Origin: Octopus bimaculoides
Lineage: Eukaryota
Reading direction: 5' to 3'
DNA length: 49,125 nucleotides
NCBI RefSeq assembly: GCF_001194135.2
Contig: NC_068992.1
Location: 61,453,182-61,502,306, forward strand
The notes beneath the pieces are model-generated. The model saw only the letters and a list, made by a program, of their open reading frames with translations. It had not been told where the DNA came from and ran no database searches. A program made the position numbers and the translations under genes. This document shows, piece after piece, positions 1-13,600 of this stretch (the stretch's first letter is position 1; each line of letters begins with the position of its first letter).

Positions 1-539
1 GGGGAGCTTGTCACACTTTTTTTCTCTGAAGTGAAACATTTTTGACCATTTTCATTTAATACTAATTTCTTCCTTCAGATGTGTTATATTCTTTCTTTTA
101 TATACGCACATATATTTATTATATTGGTACGTCCGTCATTGTCGACGATGACCAAGGACATCGCGTGGGAGAAGACAGGACAGTGTCCAACTGTTATCAA
201 TCAGTTTGATGCGTGCTCGAAGGTTCGGCCGCAAGTCGGAAGAACGCATGCATGTGCGAACCCACACATCCGTTCGCAACACTCTGGTTGGCCTGAGTTT
301 ACTGCAGTAGACACTTATCTTAGGTATCACAGTGTGGGACTGAACACGCTTCTAAATGGTGAGGAAGCGAACTTGTTAACAACACAGCCACGCTTGCGCC
401 GGTGATTTTGAGATACTTTTACTAGTTAGTATTTACCGTTTAAGAAAGGACACACTGTGTCAGCAAGAGATAATGATGGGTTTCTCCCTACACTTCTGAC
501 AGTTTTTATTAATGTCTCTTATTTTAACGATCATTATTT

Positions 540-960
540 GTCGTTCACGTCGCTGAGGTTATAGTGTGAAGTATCATTATCATTTTGCTGTAATCTAGCT
601 GCGACATAGTTCGTTTGTGAAGCAAGCGTTCCCTTTCCATCACACACGCACACAGGTATTGCAAAGTTATGCCTCCTATTCCCATACTAACATTTACTAA
701 ACACATTTACACGCAATTACACAATACACAGAAAAAGATGTAATCATTGTTATTAAACAAAAGTTAAATCCTTTAGAAAGTGAAAGTTAATTGTCTGAGG
801 ATTAAATAACCTTCCAGGGCTATACAGGTGTTCCATATACACTTCAATCGTTGATGGTTAATCTTGACCTTTTAGTTTTTTGTTTTTTTTTTATATAACT
901 TGATTTTTTTTTAAACATTTATTTTATTTATTGTAGGACTTTAATCAGCAAAGATCTAAC
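540..960 (+). other. Probable 5' UTR of the perilipin gene: non-coding exon ending at 655 and acceptor at 935-936
   Basis: CAG|GTATTG donor at 655/656 and a T-rich TTGTAG acceptor ending at 936, 24 nt upstream of the ATG. The start coordinate is approximate. Confidence 0.45.
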
Positions 961-3900
961 ATGGAACACGAGCAAAGCACCAGTGAAGAGACATCAGCCC
1001 AGTTCATGAAGCGTGTTTCATCAATCCCAGTCATTGAAAGTACATGGACTCAACTATCTGTTTATTATAACAAAGCCAAGGAGTACAACACATTGGTGAA
1101 GTATGCCTTTGATAAAGCTGAAAGTGGAGCAAAAACTGTTCTGAATACTGCTCAACCAGTTCTGGATAAATATCAAACTCAGAGTAAGTTTGTATTTTAT
1201 ATTATTGACTATGAAAATTATATAGTAATATGGTAAATTGAACAAGGAATAATTTAATGCTTTATGGTGAATCCTCATACCTTCTATGTTAGGAAGCTTG
1301 ACTGAGAGTCACTGGTTTCTTTACATAAGCATTACACTGTGTACTAAACAAAAACGTGACTTTCAATGAAATGGTTTAAAAGTAGGTACTATATGAAGGA
1401 ATATGTCTTCAGGGCCTGGGAAAATTGTGGTGGTGCTAGGACTGGGACTCAAATTTTTTTATAGTGGTATATGGAATTGTGAAAATGGTTGTCAATAACG
1501 TACTTTTTTCATACTTGGTACAAAGTTATTGGTAGTTTATTTTGTATTAAATAATTGGTAGAATATTAAAGCTAAAGTTGTTTTTTTTTTTTTCCAACTA
1601 CCAGTGGGGCCTGGGGGTGGGTGGACATATGTTGGGAAACATTGCTCTAATGTAAGGTATGTGGGGTTCTGTGTGATTTCTAATTGTTTTATGTACTTGC
1701 AAGGTTATGTGATTAAGGTTGCCTCTAGGCTCTATGGTTTTAGGCTTAGTCCCACTGTCTTCTATAGCCCAGGGCTGAACAAAACCTTGTCAGAGGAATT
1801 TTTTTTTTGTTTTTTAAATACATATTCAGCTGTTTTTAAGCTGCATTCTCTTCCTGTTAATAACTCTTATTCTTTTCAAGCTGGGTGCTGTTATCTCAAA
1901 GGATTATCAGATGACTTGTCAACAATGTTTTGTATGTAACAGCTGTGTGGTTTAGAGGGTCGCTTTTTGTTTCCAGGTTCAGTCTTGTTGTACAGTGTAT
2001 CGGACGAATGACTTCTATCATAGCTCTGGTCCAACCGAAGCTTTGTAAGTGGAAACTGAAAGAAGCTTGTCATGAGTGTGATATATGTATATAATGTCTG
2101 TTTGTCCGCCACCATTGCTGGCTACTGCTGCTGTTGTGTTTGTCCATGTAACCTAGCAGTTTGGTAAAAGAGACAGGATAAGTATCAGTCGGGGATTCAC
2201 TTTCACCAAAGAACAGTTGGTCTAAATATTTTTTTGTTTCTATTGGTATCAGGAAGGGATCCAGCTCTAGAAGCCATGCCAAGGCAGCCTTTAGGGCACA
2301 ACAGTCCTGTGATCCATTGGCTCCTGCTAAACTGTCCAGTCCATTCTTGCATTGAAGACTGACTTCAAATGAAGATTCCTGTGCCCTAACCTGTTGGGAT
2401 TTAGACTGGCCATATCCAGCTCATTTATTCTGTTCAAACCTACCTGATCTGGATTCTCACCTATTCGCCAATGTCATTCTAAAAATATATACAGTAACAC
2501 CATCAAAATTTTGAAGCTCAGATAATGTATGATTAATTCAAAACAGTGTAAATAAGCAACACATTTGGCAAAATAATCTGAATGCTAAAAGGTTAACCTC
2601 TGCACAATTTTAATACAGATTTTTGTTCTTTCAGTCAATGCTGCTGATAACTTTGCATGCAACCAACTTGATAAACTGGAGGAGAAGTGTCCTGCTATCA
2701 AAAAGACTCCTCAGCAAGTAAGTTGATCATTGTGTAAATGATAAAAAGCTAACATTAACATGAGTGTCTCTTTTGTGTGTGTGTGTGTGTGTGTGNNNNN
2801 NNNNNNNNNNNNNNNNNNNNNNNNNNNNNNNNNNNNNNNNNNNNNNNNNNNNNNNNNNNNNNNNNNNNNNNNNNNNNNNNNNNNNNNNNNNNNNNNNNNN
2901 NNNNNNNNNNNNNNNNNNNNNNNNNNNNNNNNNNNNNNNNNNNNNNNNNNNNNNNNNNNNNNNNNNNNNNNNNNNNNNNNNNNNNNNNNNNNNNNNNNNN
3001 NNNNNNNNNNNNNNNNNNNNNNNNNNNNNNNNNNNNNNNNNNNNNNNNNNNNNNNNNNNNNNNNNNNNNNNNNNNNNNNNNNNNNNNNNNNNNNNNNNNN
3101 NNNNNNNNNNNNNNNNNNNNNNNNNNNNNNNNNNNNNNNNNNNNNNNNNNNNNNNNNNNNNNNNNNNNNNNNNNNNNNNNNNNNNNNNNNNNNNNNNNNN
3201 NNNNNNNNNNNNNNNNNNNNNNNNNNNNNNNNNNNNNNNNNNNNCAGTGTCAGTCAGTTCTTCTATTCTGCAAGAGAATGCCTGGCCATGGGGAGATATT
3301 GCTTTACTTGGGAACGGGTGAGGCTTGGTGACAGGAAGGGCACTTCTCTTTTTTTCTTTTCTTCTTTTGCTTGGGGGGGGGGGGCATGTGGATTGGAATA
3401 TTTTGAATGGGTTTGGCCCTTCGACTGGGATCATTTAATGGTTCCAATTTTTCGTTCCATTCCTTTAGTTTTTTTCTGGCTGTTAGCTTTTATTATTTAG
3501 CTAACTGAATATTATGCATGAGTATTGCTGTGAGCTGAAGGAGCTTGCTCTGCCACAGTTTCAGGTTCGATCCTATTGCATGTCACTTTGAACTATTGGC
3601 TTCTATAATAGCATGCATTAGGGTGAACAGTGCCTTAGATGATTGAATTTAGGTAGAACAGAAACTGTGGAGTCTGTGTATATGTGGACTGTAGTTTCAC
3701 TTTTATCATTTTAACATCCACTTTTCTGAGCTTGCATGGATCACACTTTACTGAAGCCGATTTTTCTATGGCTGGATGCCCTTCCTGTCACCAAGCCTCA
3801 CCCGTTTCCATGCAGGGTAATATTTTCCCATGGCCAGGCATGCTCTTGCAGAATAAAACTGACTGACACTGCTCTTATGACAACTATTATGCAACGTCAC

Positions 3901-6900
3901 AGCAATGATAAAGACATGTACACATGTAGTGATTGTATGTGTGTGATGGTTTTTTTCAGTTTGTGTATGGTCTGAGGCTTTGTGTATGGTCTGAGGCTTT
4001 GTGTATGGTCTGAGGCTTTGTGTATGGTCTGAGGCTATTATGGAAGCTACTTGCCCGAGGTTTCACATAGTGGGATCAAACTTGCCTCTTACCATGCAGC
4101 CATGTCTGCATATTAAAAACCAATGTGTTTGTCCCACAATTTGACACTTCCACAAATGGAAATCAATAAAATATCAGATTTAGCTAAATTCAGGGTTTGT
4201 GATTGATTAAACCCTTGAAAAGGTAGTGGCCAGCATGGTCACAGATGAGTGACTGAAACCAGTGTAAGAATTTTTTTATCAATAATTTTGTTTTAATGAA
4301 ACTTTTAGCAGATGTGAGAGAAACTGTTTATTATATATAATGCTATTATGTTATATTATTTTTAACAGATTGTCACTGACAGCAAAGAGATGTGCTCCAC
4401 TCTAGTGCAGCCTGCAGTTGATAAGGTAAAGTCAGTTTAGCCAAATCTTCCATAACTCTTAATAGTAGAATTTTTCTTATTTATAGTATTGGCTAAACAT
4501 CTGTTAAATTTATATTGTTAATAACCCTTCTCGTATTGGTTGATACCTGAGACAATACCTGCTGCCTACAAAAACTCTTTGTTTTAAGCCTTTAGCATTC
4601 AGTCTACTCTGTGAAATGTGATGCTTGATTTATTTACAATGGTTTGAATTCATTGTGAATTATCTTGTGGCTTTAGGAATTCAATGTGATTATTTGTTTT
4701 TCGAATGACATTGTAGAGTAGGTGTGAGAGGTCAAATCTTTCTAGTTTGAACATAAAACAATATTTTGGCTGGTTTAAATGCTAAAGGGTTAAAATGGTC
4801 TAAAATTTTCTATGAAAATATAAAATTTTGTTCCAAACACCATGTAAAATTTAGCCTGAATATATGAATGGAAACCATTTGATGATAAAAAAAAATATAG
4901 CTAAAAATTTTATTTTTTTATTTTAGTTTTTTAATCTTTAAATTTGATTATTTTAAAGGTCAATACTGTGAAACAATTTGGGGACACAACTGTGGACAAC
5001 ATCAAGTATTTCAGTTCTTTGGAAAACAGCAAGGATTATGGCATGAAACAGGTGCTTCGTGCTTCCAACTACACTTACAGCCAGCTGCAGTGGCTGCTTC
5101 AAACTGATTATGGTCAGCAACTGTTGCATCAGGTGGAAGTTTATTTAACCTATTCTGAAGATGCTCTTGATAAATATCTGCCTGCTGCTGACGATTCTGA
5201 GGAACCAGGCAAAGGTAACCATAAAAAAACAAATTATTAAATTATGCAAACTGTACAAAAGTGAAGATCTTGAGTTCATTTGATTAAAATTAAGGGTTTC
5301 TCCTCCATCTGCTCATTATTATATTACTTAACAAATACACTTAAACATAGCTGTCAGTTAAAGCCATGTTAAATACTATGGAATCTGGTGAAACGACTTC
5401 AAGAATGGGTACCAGATCACTTGGCCATGTCACTGAACTAGACTGGTGTCTTGTCCATGGTTGATTTCTCTTGTCTTGCACCATGTCTCTAGAGACCTTT
5501 CCTCAATTTATTGTCCAATTATTTTCCATCCTGGCATGAGCTGGATGGTTTGACTGGGGCTGGTGAGGTTAGGAGCCACATTGGGCTCCATTGTCTGTCT
5601 TGGCTTGGTGTTAAGTGATGAAATGTGGGTTGGAGGAAGGTCCCTTGGTGAGATCCTTGTAAAGCTTTTGTTTAACCCCTAGATATAGCAGTAAAATGTC
5701 CTCATTGTTTTAACATTCACTTTTCCATGCTTGTATGGGTCAGGTGTTTATTAAAGTAGATTTTCTTTGGCAAGATGTCTGTCTTGCCAATCCCCACCTG
5801 TTTCCAAGCAAGGTAATATTTTCCTATGGTTAGATACTGTCTTCATGGAAGATAAATGCTACCAGCTGTATAACAACAATGTCAAGACAAGGTGACACCT
5901 GCACACACTAACATGCCACTGGCTTCTTTCAGCTTCCATCTACCAAATCTACTCACCAGGTTTTGGTTAACTTGGGGCTATAATAGAAGACACTTGCTGA
6001 AGGTGCCATGCAGTAGAACCAAATCTCAGACCATGTACAACACAGGACTTGGAAACAGGTGAGAGCTGACCAAATAAAATCTGCCTTAAGTTTCATCTGG
6101 CCTATGCAGACATTGAAAAGTGCATGTTAAAACTGACATCGATGGAAAGATATGCTTGTTTTCTCTCACAACATTTAAAGAAATTTGTTTCCTTGGCAAC
6201 ACAGTTGCTGTAAGAAATTCCTTAGGTCTCTGTCTGAAATTGTTTTCAATCTCCAGGGGCTGGAAACTTTGACTTAAACACAGTCAAGACTTTTAATTTT
6301 CCCACTTGTTTGTTCTGTTTTTTTCCACTGCTCTAATTTCATTACTTATCTGATGGTTCTTTGTGTCTCCAGAACTGGAAGCCTCTAAAGAAGCCTCCTT
6401 AGCTCGTGTTGGCAACATTTCTCAGAAGCTCAAGAAACGTGTCTATGCAAAAGCAATGAAAGAATTGGAAACTGCACAGGCTCGTTCCAAAGAAGCCCTA
6501 AACAAATTAATTGCATCTTATACTCTTGTAAGTATTTCACCTTATGGTTAATTTCATTAGTAATATTCGTTTCTAGCATTTAAACTGGCTGTATCTGGCC
6601 CAAATATTCCCCTTGTTTCATGATTCAAAGTGGCTCAGGGAAAATTTCTTCACTCCATGCAATTTTATATTTGTTGGTGTTTCCTTGGAGAAAAATGATA
6701 TAAAGCTGCTGCTTAACTCAAAGAGGAAGCAGTTAAATGTGTACAAGATAAACAGCATCAGACAATGCATTATCACAGCAATCCCTAAAGATCTACTCCA
6801 CATACAGTTAGTGGGACTGGAATCCTGAAATTATTTGTCCAGAATAAAGTCTGGGTTGCAAATGTAAATTCTTGCAGAATTGGTCTTTTGTCCAAGAATG

Positions 6901-9868
6901 AATGAATATTGTGGATGTATGCCCTAGGCACACAACTATTTTTTATCGTGGTTCCTCCTAGATTGTGAATAATTCTCACAGTAGTATGAACATAACACTT
7001 TCTTCTGGAATATAAGTCTGAAGCCTTGTAATAATGGAAGATGTATAAAAGGTGTAGTTAATTCGTTGAGGGTGAAATTTAGTACCGTATTTAACATGTC
7101 TTGATACCAACCCACTCAATTAAGATTTAAAGTAGTTATATAAAGCATTTGGTTAGTTTCAATAACATCTAGTCAAAGACATTGGTCTGATATTATTTAC
7201 CTGCTTGGCACTGCCATTTTAGTTTTGATTTCAACTGATAAAATTAAATGATACTTTCTTTTTAACTGCATAATTTATTGTACAAAATAGTTTTTATTAA
7301 ACCCCTATCATATTCTTTTGAAAGTTAATTGAAATGGGCAGTTTTTCCTTGTTAGAAAATAGTTTAAAGTTGTTTGCAGAAGTTATCAGACATTTTAAAT
7401 TGATTTGCAGATCGAGACATTGCAACAGAATATTGGTTCTTCTAAAGAAAGGATCCAAAATGTTAAGGAAAAAGTTATGGCAACATGGAAGGATGTCATG
7501 AGTGAAGAAGACCCATATGCAGGAAAATCCTTTGATGAAAAAACTGTAAGCATTTTTTATATTTAATAGGAAAATAATACTCAAGTTATAAAGTTATGTC
7601 ATGCCTTTATTTTTTTGTGCCAATTTCAAATCTTTTTCACTTAAGGTCCTTAAGAAATAGGGGCAGCTGTCTAGGATAATTATTCATCTGTACATGTGCA
7701 GGCCTGAGCAAGATGTTTTCTCTTTTTGGAAAACTGGCAGGTATGACTGTGCTTAGCTTACTTCTCACTCACATGGTTCCAAGTTCAATCCCACTGTAGA
7801 ATCTTAGGCAAGTGTCTTCAACTGTAGCCCAGTGTTGATCTTGTGAGAAGATTTTGTAGACGGGAACTTGTATTAGAAGTTGTGTACATTTGACAAGTTT
7901 ACTGCTTTCAATTCACTGGAATACATATGTTATGTAACTTTCAGACAGAAGAGCTGGCTGTGCTTCAGGGATTTGGGTTGATTAGGTATTATTGATTAAA
8001 AATTAGTTAGGTTCACACAAACCAGATAGTTTATCTTAGTCAAACTGTGGGAACCATTCTTTCCATAGTTTGAGAATGACTTGAAGGATGTATGTCTAAC
8101 CTCAACTTATTGCATTTAAACTGCTAACATATTCCTACATTTTCAGACACCTATATCTTGACTCATTAGAGTATTGTTGTAATAATAAAAAAAATTAGTT
8201 TGATGGATTACTTTCGACAAATTCCCTATCATGATGATTTTCTTTTTTTTTCTGTTATTCAAATGGAATACAAAGATGGAGCTACTTTAATATTTAGTTT
8301 TGTCCCATAGAAGGCTAACACGATTGTCCACATTGTTCAAGACCTTTGTTCCAAATATTAACAAGTGACTTTGTACAAACTTATGATACTCCATGGGCTC
8401 GGACAGTTTTTAAATTAATCTGGTACCTGTATGAGTTAGGGTTGAACATGTCACAGGCCTGGGCAAGCATTTTTGTGGAAGATGTAGTCACCTATGCATG
8501 CAAGTCTTTTCTCCATGTTGTTGTTGAAGAGACAAGCCTGTGACTTTAGAACCACTGCAGCTTAGTACTAGTGGTAAATGAACACATATTTTTGGTTCCC
8601 CTCACGTCACTTGAGAACAAGTGTTAGTGTGTTTATGTCCACATAACTTATAGTCTGGTAGAAAGAAACCTATAGAATAAGTACAAGGCTTGACTAAATC
8701 CTTCAACACGGTGCCCCAGTATGGCCACTGTCCAAAGATTGAAACTGTAAAAGATAGGATGACACTCTAACCTCTTGGGTTTTATTTTTCTTTTGCTTTG
8801 CAGAACAATGAAATAGCCATTACTTTAGCTCGCCATGTTGCAAAGCAAGCACAAGAAACCATTCATCTTATTTCGTCCAACTTACCAGAAGCTCCGGATG
8901 TTGTGAAGCAACTCGTGAAAGAATCTCAACAATACAGTCAGAACCTCTATACAACGATACAGAATGTAAGTTCTTTCACCAATTTGATATTTGCATTATT
9001 GTTATAGTTCATGTCTGAGTTTGATACCTGGTGGTGTCTTGTCCTTGAGCAAGACCATTTACTCCAGTCCACTCAACTGGCAAAAATGAGTAATGCTTGT
9101 ATTTTAAAGGGCCAGCCTGGTCACATTGTGTCTTACTGAATTGCATGTCTGTGGAGTGCTCAGCCACTTGCATGTTAATTTCACGAGCAGGCTGTTCTGT
9201 TTGATCAAATCAATTGGGTACACTTTGTCATAACTAGTAGTGCCAATTACATTTTGTGCAATTTTCTGAAATTGAAATAACTTCTAATTTTATTTTATTG
9301 TACTGTTTCAGACTGAATCTATCAAAGATATTTCTTCAACACTATTTCACAAAACAACAGAGTCCCTTCTTGGTTTACAACAAATATTCCAGACTTTACT
9401 AAAAACACCTTTATCTTACATAGTAAGTAAACTCTTGACCCTTCTGTTACCATATTTGTTGAAATATGCTGTCTTTGTTTCAATTAATTTTGAAAATCAT
9501 TAAGCTGTTATCTGGCACATAACATGAAATTTTGGAAGATTTTTAGGTCACTTTTAAATAGGAAATTTGTTTTCTAGAATTGGGGTGAGATTGCAGAATG
9601 GTTGGTATCAAAAGGGTTAAACAAATGAAAAATTTGAAATTGGAACAGGTGACAGTGCCCGACTAAGCTCATTGTTCTTTTCGTGCCAATGGGGGCTGTA
9701 ATTTTCATGGTAAACCTTAATTTTTTAATGAATTCGAAATTAAACACAATTACATTTTTTTTTTCTTTTATCTAGACATCACTTCCAAAATCTGAAGAAA
9801 TCGAGATGACACCTGTAAATCCTTCATCCCCTGAAGAAACAAAAACTGAAGAATCGTCTACAAAATAA
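961..9868 (+). CDS. PLIN: Perilipin-family (PAT domain, perilipin-2-like) lipid droplet protein; 9 coding exons, 424 aa
   Basis: Coding exons 961-1183, 2635-2717, 4369-4425, 4959-5214, 6373-6527, 7411-7545, 8804-8965, 9312-9422, 9776-9868. All introns are GT..AG with compatible phases (1,0,0,1,0,0,0,0); total 1275 nt = 424 aa + TAA. The N-terminus has the PAT-domain pattern (FMKRVSSIPVIESTW...YNKAKE...PVLDKYQTQINAADNFACNQLDKLEEKCPAI); later parts include DKYLP and LARVGNISQKLKKRVY. Family-level call only; the paralog is not determined. Confidence 0.93.
2390..2592 (-). mobile_element. Second copy of the same piggyBac-type MITE, opposite orientation
   Basis: The reverse complement aligns by eye with 4588-4789; ends AATGCTAAAAGG|TTAA. 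Confidence 0.6.
2796..3244. other. Assembly gap (N run)
   Basis: N characters; further gaps at 17923-18073 and 20201-20210. Confidence 1.
3960..4035. repeat. 19-bp tandem repeat x4 (TTTGTGTATGGTCTGAGGC)
   Basis: Four identical units read directly. Confidence 0.95.
4588..4789 (+). mobile_element. piggyBac-type MITE (TTAA-flanked)
   Basis: TTAA at 4584-4587 and 4790-4793; ends (G)CCTTTAGCATT...AATGCTAAAGGG. Confidence 0.7.
9439..9616. mobile_element. piggyBac-type MITE (different family) in the last perilipin intron
   Basis: TTGA|CCCTTCTGTTACC...GGTATCAAAAGGG|TTAA. Confidence 0.55.
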
Positions 9869-10541
9869 ACAAATTAATAAAATCCATTTTCTTATTTTTG
9901 TCTGTGGCAGATGTGAAAATGGTAGAAATGGAATTGGGGAAAAAATGTTGACCCTGTAACCTTTTTCTCAATGTTATGTTGTTTAAACTTTTTGTCATAA
10001 CCTATTCTACAGGGTAATTAACATGTCTCTTTCTTACCAGTTAAATGCTATATAAAATTCTAAGAATTGTGTTTATATATTTAATAATTAATTAATCTTG
10101 TCAAAAGATAATGGTCGTTGTCCTAAAAAAAAACAAAAAAAAACCTGCTCTAATGATAGTTCTGTTTGTCTGGACATCCTTAGTCCAAATGATCATGGTG
10201 ATACAAGTATTTGACTATATGAACAGCAGATTAAGTAGACTTGCTATCCTGGAATCCCAGAGCCATGCCAGTCATTGTGGTCCAAGGGGATGGAGTGTAA
10301 TGAATGTAGCTCCGGTAGTTGACTGACAGCAATGGTGAGGAGTTGGGAGGGATTGGAAGATGAAACTTTCAATAAGAAACTTCATTGACTCCAGTTGAGA
10401 ACCAATTTATAATGCTGAAAGGATTTGTTAATTACCCTGTAGTTTTAGTCTTTCTTCTACCTAATTATACTCTTTCATGAACAATTAAGATTATACTTAA
10501 TAAAATAGAAGTTATAACTAACACTGCTATCATTTTATACA

Positions 10542-10611
10542 AATAAAAAGTGTTTTGTTATTGTATTTCTTCAGTTATTTTTTGTAACATTCGAATAATT
10601 TTTATAATAAA
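10542..10611 (+). terminator. Candidate polyadenylation signals of the perilipin gene
   Basis: AATAAA at 10542-10547 and 10606-10611 followed by T-rich sequence; another AATAAA lies at 9876-9881. Confidence 0.4.
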
Positions 10612-13600
10612 AATGTATTACTGCTTAAACAATTTCTTTTTTATATCCTGTTCTTACAAACTGTTCTGCAAAATGATTTTATTTTCTAATTTTGGCGTTT
10701 TTTAGTTAAATCTGATTGTACAAATCTCTACAGATTACAATTCACAAGCAGGCAATTGCTAAGTTGAATGTGTCTTGGCTTTATTGATGTCTTTTTCCAT
10801 GATTGATAATTCAATGGGGCATACTTTCTTCAGCTAGACCTCTCTCTTCCTCTCACTAAACCTTCACTTGTTTCCAAGAGGTACAATAATTTCCCCAGTC
10901 TACAATACAATGACCAGCCTGAGAGACTGGAGGCAAACTATTAATGAACCATTTGCGTACAAAGATTGTACATGCTTAGAAGCCTAGGCATGCTATTGCA
11001 ACATTGACTTTGGATAGACCAAAGCCTTGCGAATGAAACAAAGTGGACAAAAACTCTAGAAGTAGAAATGGTTGGTGAATCAGAGCATGAACAAAAATAC
11101 CTTGAAGTATTTAGCCCTGTGTAAAGCAGCAAGCTGGCTGAATAGTACGCTGGGTAAAAATGTTTAGTGACAATTTGTATCTTTGCACTAGAAATTCAAA
11201 TTCCATTGAGGCCAAATTTTCCTTTTCGCTCTTTCAGGGTCAGAGCACCAGTTGAACATATGTTGATGTAATCTACTTATCCCTCCTCCCCCTTACTGGC
11301 CTTAGGCTAAATATTTTCAAATTTTAGTATGAGTAAGGTGCCAAGTTAACAATTGTTGACATGGTTAGTGGCATTTCATCTGTCTTTATTTTGAGTTCAA
11401 ATTCTGATGTTGACTATGCCTTTGATCTTTCTGGGATCAATCAAATAAGGACCAGTTGAACACTGGGAGATGATGTAATCGACATACACCCTCCCATTAA
11501 TTGCTGGCCTTGTCAAAACTTGAAATCAATATTTAGTCTGAGTTATGTACCGTCTACACCAAAGGGGAAATATTTAGTCTTAAGTACTGTTCTAAATGAT
11601 GTAAGGAGCAGGGTGTGTGAAAAGCTAAATAGAATTAACCAAAACCCTTGAAAGCAGTTCCCCAGTATGACCCACAGAGTAAAAATAACAAAATAAAATA
11701 GTGTTAAGCTAACCAAATGAATAAGAACTAAAGCCCAAAACCAGGACTAGTGATGAGGAAGAAATATAGAAGTCTTGTCTTGGAGTAATGAAAAAAGAGG
11801 GTCTTAAATACTAAGTATTTTAAGTTTAGCACCAAGTCCACTCTGATCCAGCGGACACTAATCAAAAGCTTTGCGGCCACAACCTGCAAGCTGATGTTGA
11901 CCATTCACCCATCAAACATGCACACTTTTAACGGATAAGGTGAGATTTGGTTGCTATTTCCAGCACATTGAGAAATCGCAAAGAATCCTTATAGGGCATT
12001 TTGTTCTAGGTCTGTTTTTCTATGCAAGCTTGGGTTGAATGAATGCTTAGCGAGGCATTTCTACAGCCAGATGCTCTTCCTGTCACTTATTTTCCAAGTT
12101 AAAGGATTTTTATATTCCACTTCCTTTCAAAAGTACAAGCTACAAAGTGATCTGATCAGTTTTTGCAAAGACAGAGAATAGGCCAACGCATACAATGTGT
12201 CCACCTTCTATAATTTCTAATTCTACTCACAAGGCATTGTTTGGTCAAAAGCCATTGTAGAAGATGCTTTCTCAGTGTTATGCAGTGAGATAGAGCTTGA
12301 AACCATCTGGTTACAAAGCTAACAGTAACCACACGGCCATGACTGCCTGTTATTAGCCTGTAGTACACTGTAAGGGCATCGGGTCACTGAGTTTTCTCCC
12401 CTGCAGTAACAGGGGAGGGGGAATAAGTCTAAAGAAAATGCAATGTGCTAAAGATGAGGAAAAAATCATTTTACTTGCCAATGTAACTTTGGAAGCTACA
12501 CTTTTGTTGCTATATCAGGAAATATAGCATATACATTCCAATAATTGTCCTTTCTACTTTAAGAATAAGGCCTGAAATTTTGGGGTAGAGAGCTTGTGGA
12601 TTACATTTGAGCCCCAGTGCTCAGCTGCTACTTATTGCACTGACCAAGTCACAAAAGCAAAATTTGAAGGGAATTAGTAGTCATTTCCTTTGATTTCTCG
12701 ACGGAAACAAATAGGAAGTAATACTTCCTGACCAAAGACAAGTGTTATTGGAAAAACAAACTCATCATTTTGCTATTAATATTTTCTATCTTTTTATATT
12801 TACCCCCACCAAAAGATGTAAGTCAAAGTTGACCTCATAGAATTTGAATTCAAAACAAAGATGGATGATATGCCACTAAGCATTTTGTCCAGTGTGCAAA
12901 CAATCCTGCCAGCATATAGCTTAAATTAAAAAAATCAGCAACCGAGATGGCATTAATATCAAGAGGTAATATTTATCTCCACTTAAACATGGATGTTCTG
13001 TTAGAACAAACTATACTGTGGTAGTTACCATCAGAGAAACCCTCATATTGACTTCTGATGCAACTTTTACCAAATTTCTTGGTACTTGAACAAAAAGAAA
13101 AATATTTATTACCTTAAAGCAAGATTAAATAAAACACATTTTTGTTTTAAAACAGAACATTCTCCACGCTGGTTGATAACCATGGGTGACCAGCCATCCA
13201 TAGAAAATAGGATTCCAAAGAATTGTCAAATGATAAAACTAACTCTACAAGGTCTTGCTTGGTTTCAATAAGAATTAAGGTCAATTTTAAGCCTTTTGAT
13301 GCCATATTTCTACTAAAGTCATCACCTTCGTTTAATGTCCGTTTTTCCAAGCTCACGTGGGTTGAATAATTCATAGATGCAGATTTTTCTAGAACCAGGA
13401 GCCTTTCTTGTCACCAGCCTGTATCTGCTTCCATCTGTCTGTCTGTCTATCCCTATGCTTGTTATTGCATTGATGTCCCAAAAAAACCTCAGTATTTCAT
13501 AATGTAGGAAGCAGTATTAAATAAACATAGCCATTTATGTATCATACTCTATGTAAGTAATCAGCGAAAGGCAATTTACAGCAGCATCATTTGTCCAGAA

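Noticed and set aside
79-405. 108-aa ORF upstream of perilipin
   Set aside because: No recognisable motif or supporting splice pattern; best explained by locally higher GC.
2727-3500. Long ORFs of 184-246 aa
   Set aside because: They are open only because they span the N gap; the flanks are microsatellite and SINE sequence.
3960-4035. Short direct-repeat arrays as CRISPR-like loci
   Set aside because: The units are contiguous with no spacers, and the context is eukaryotic.
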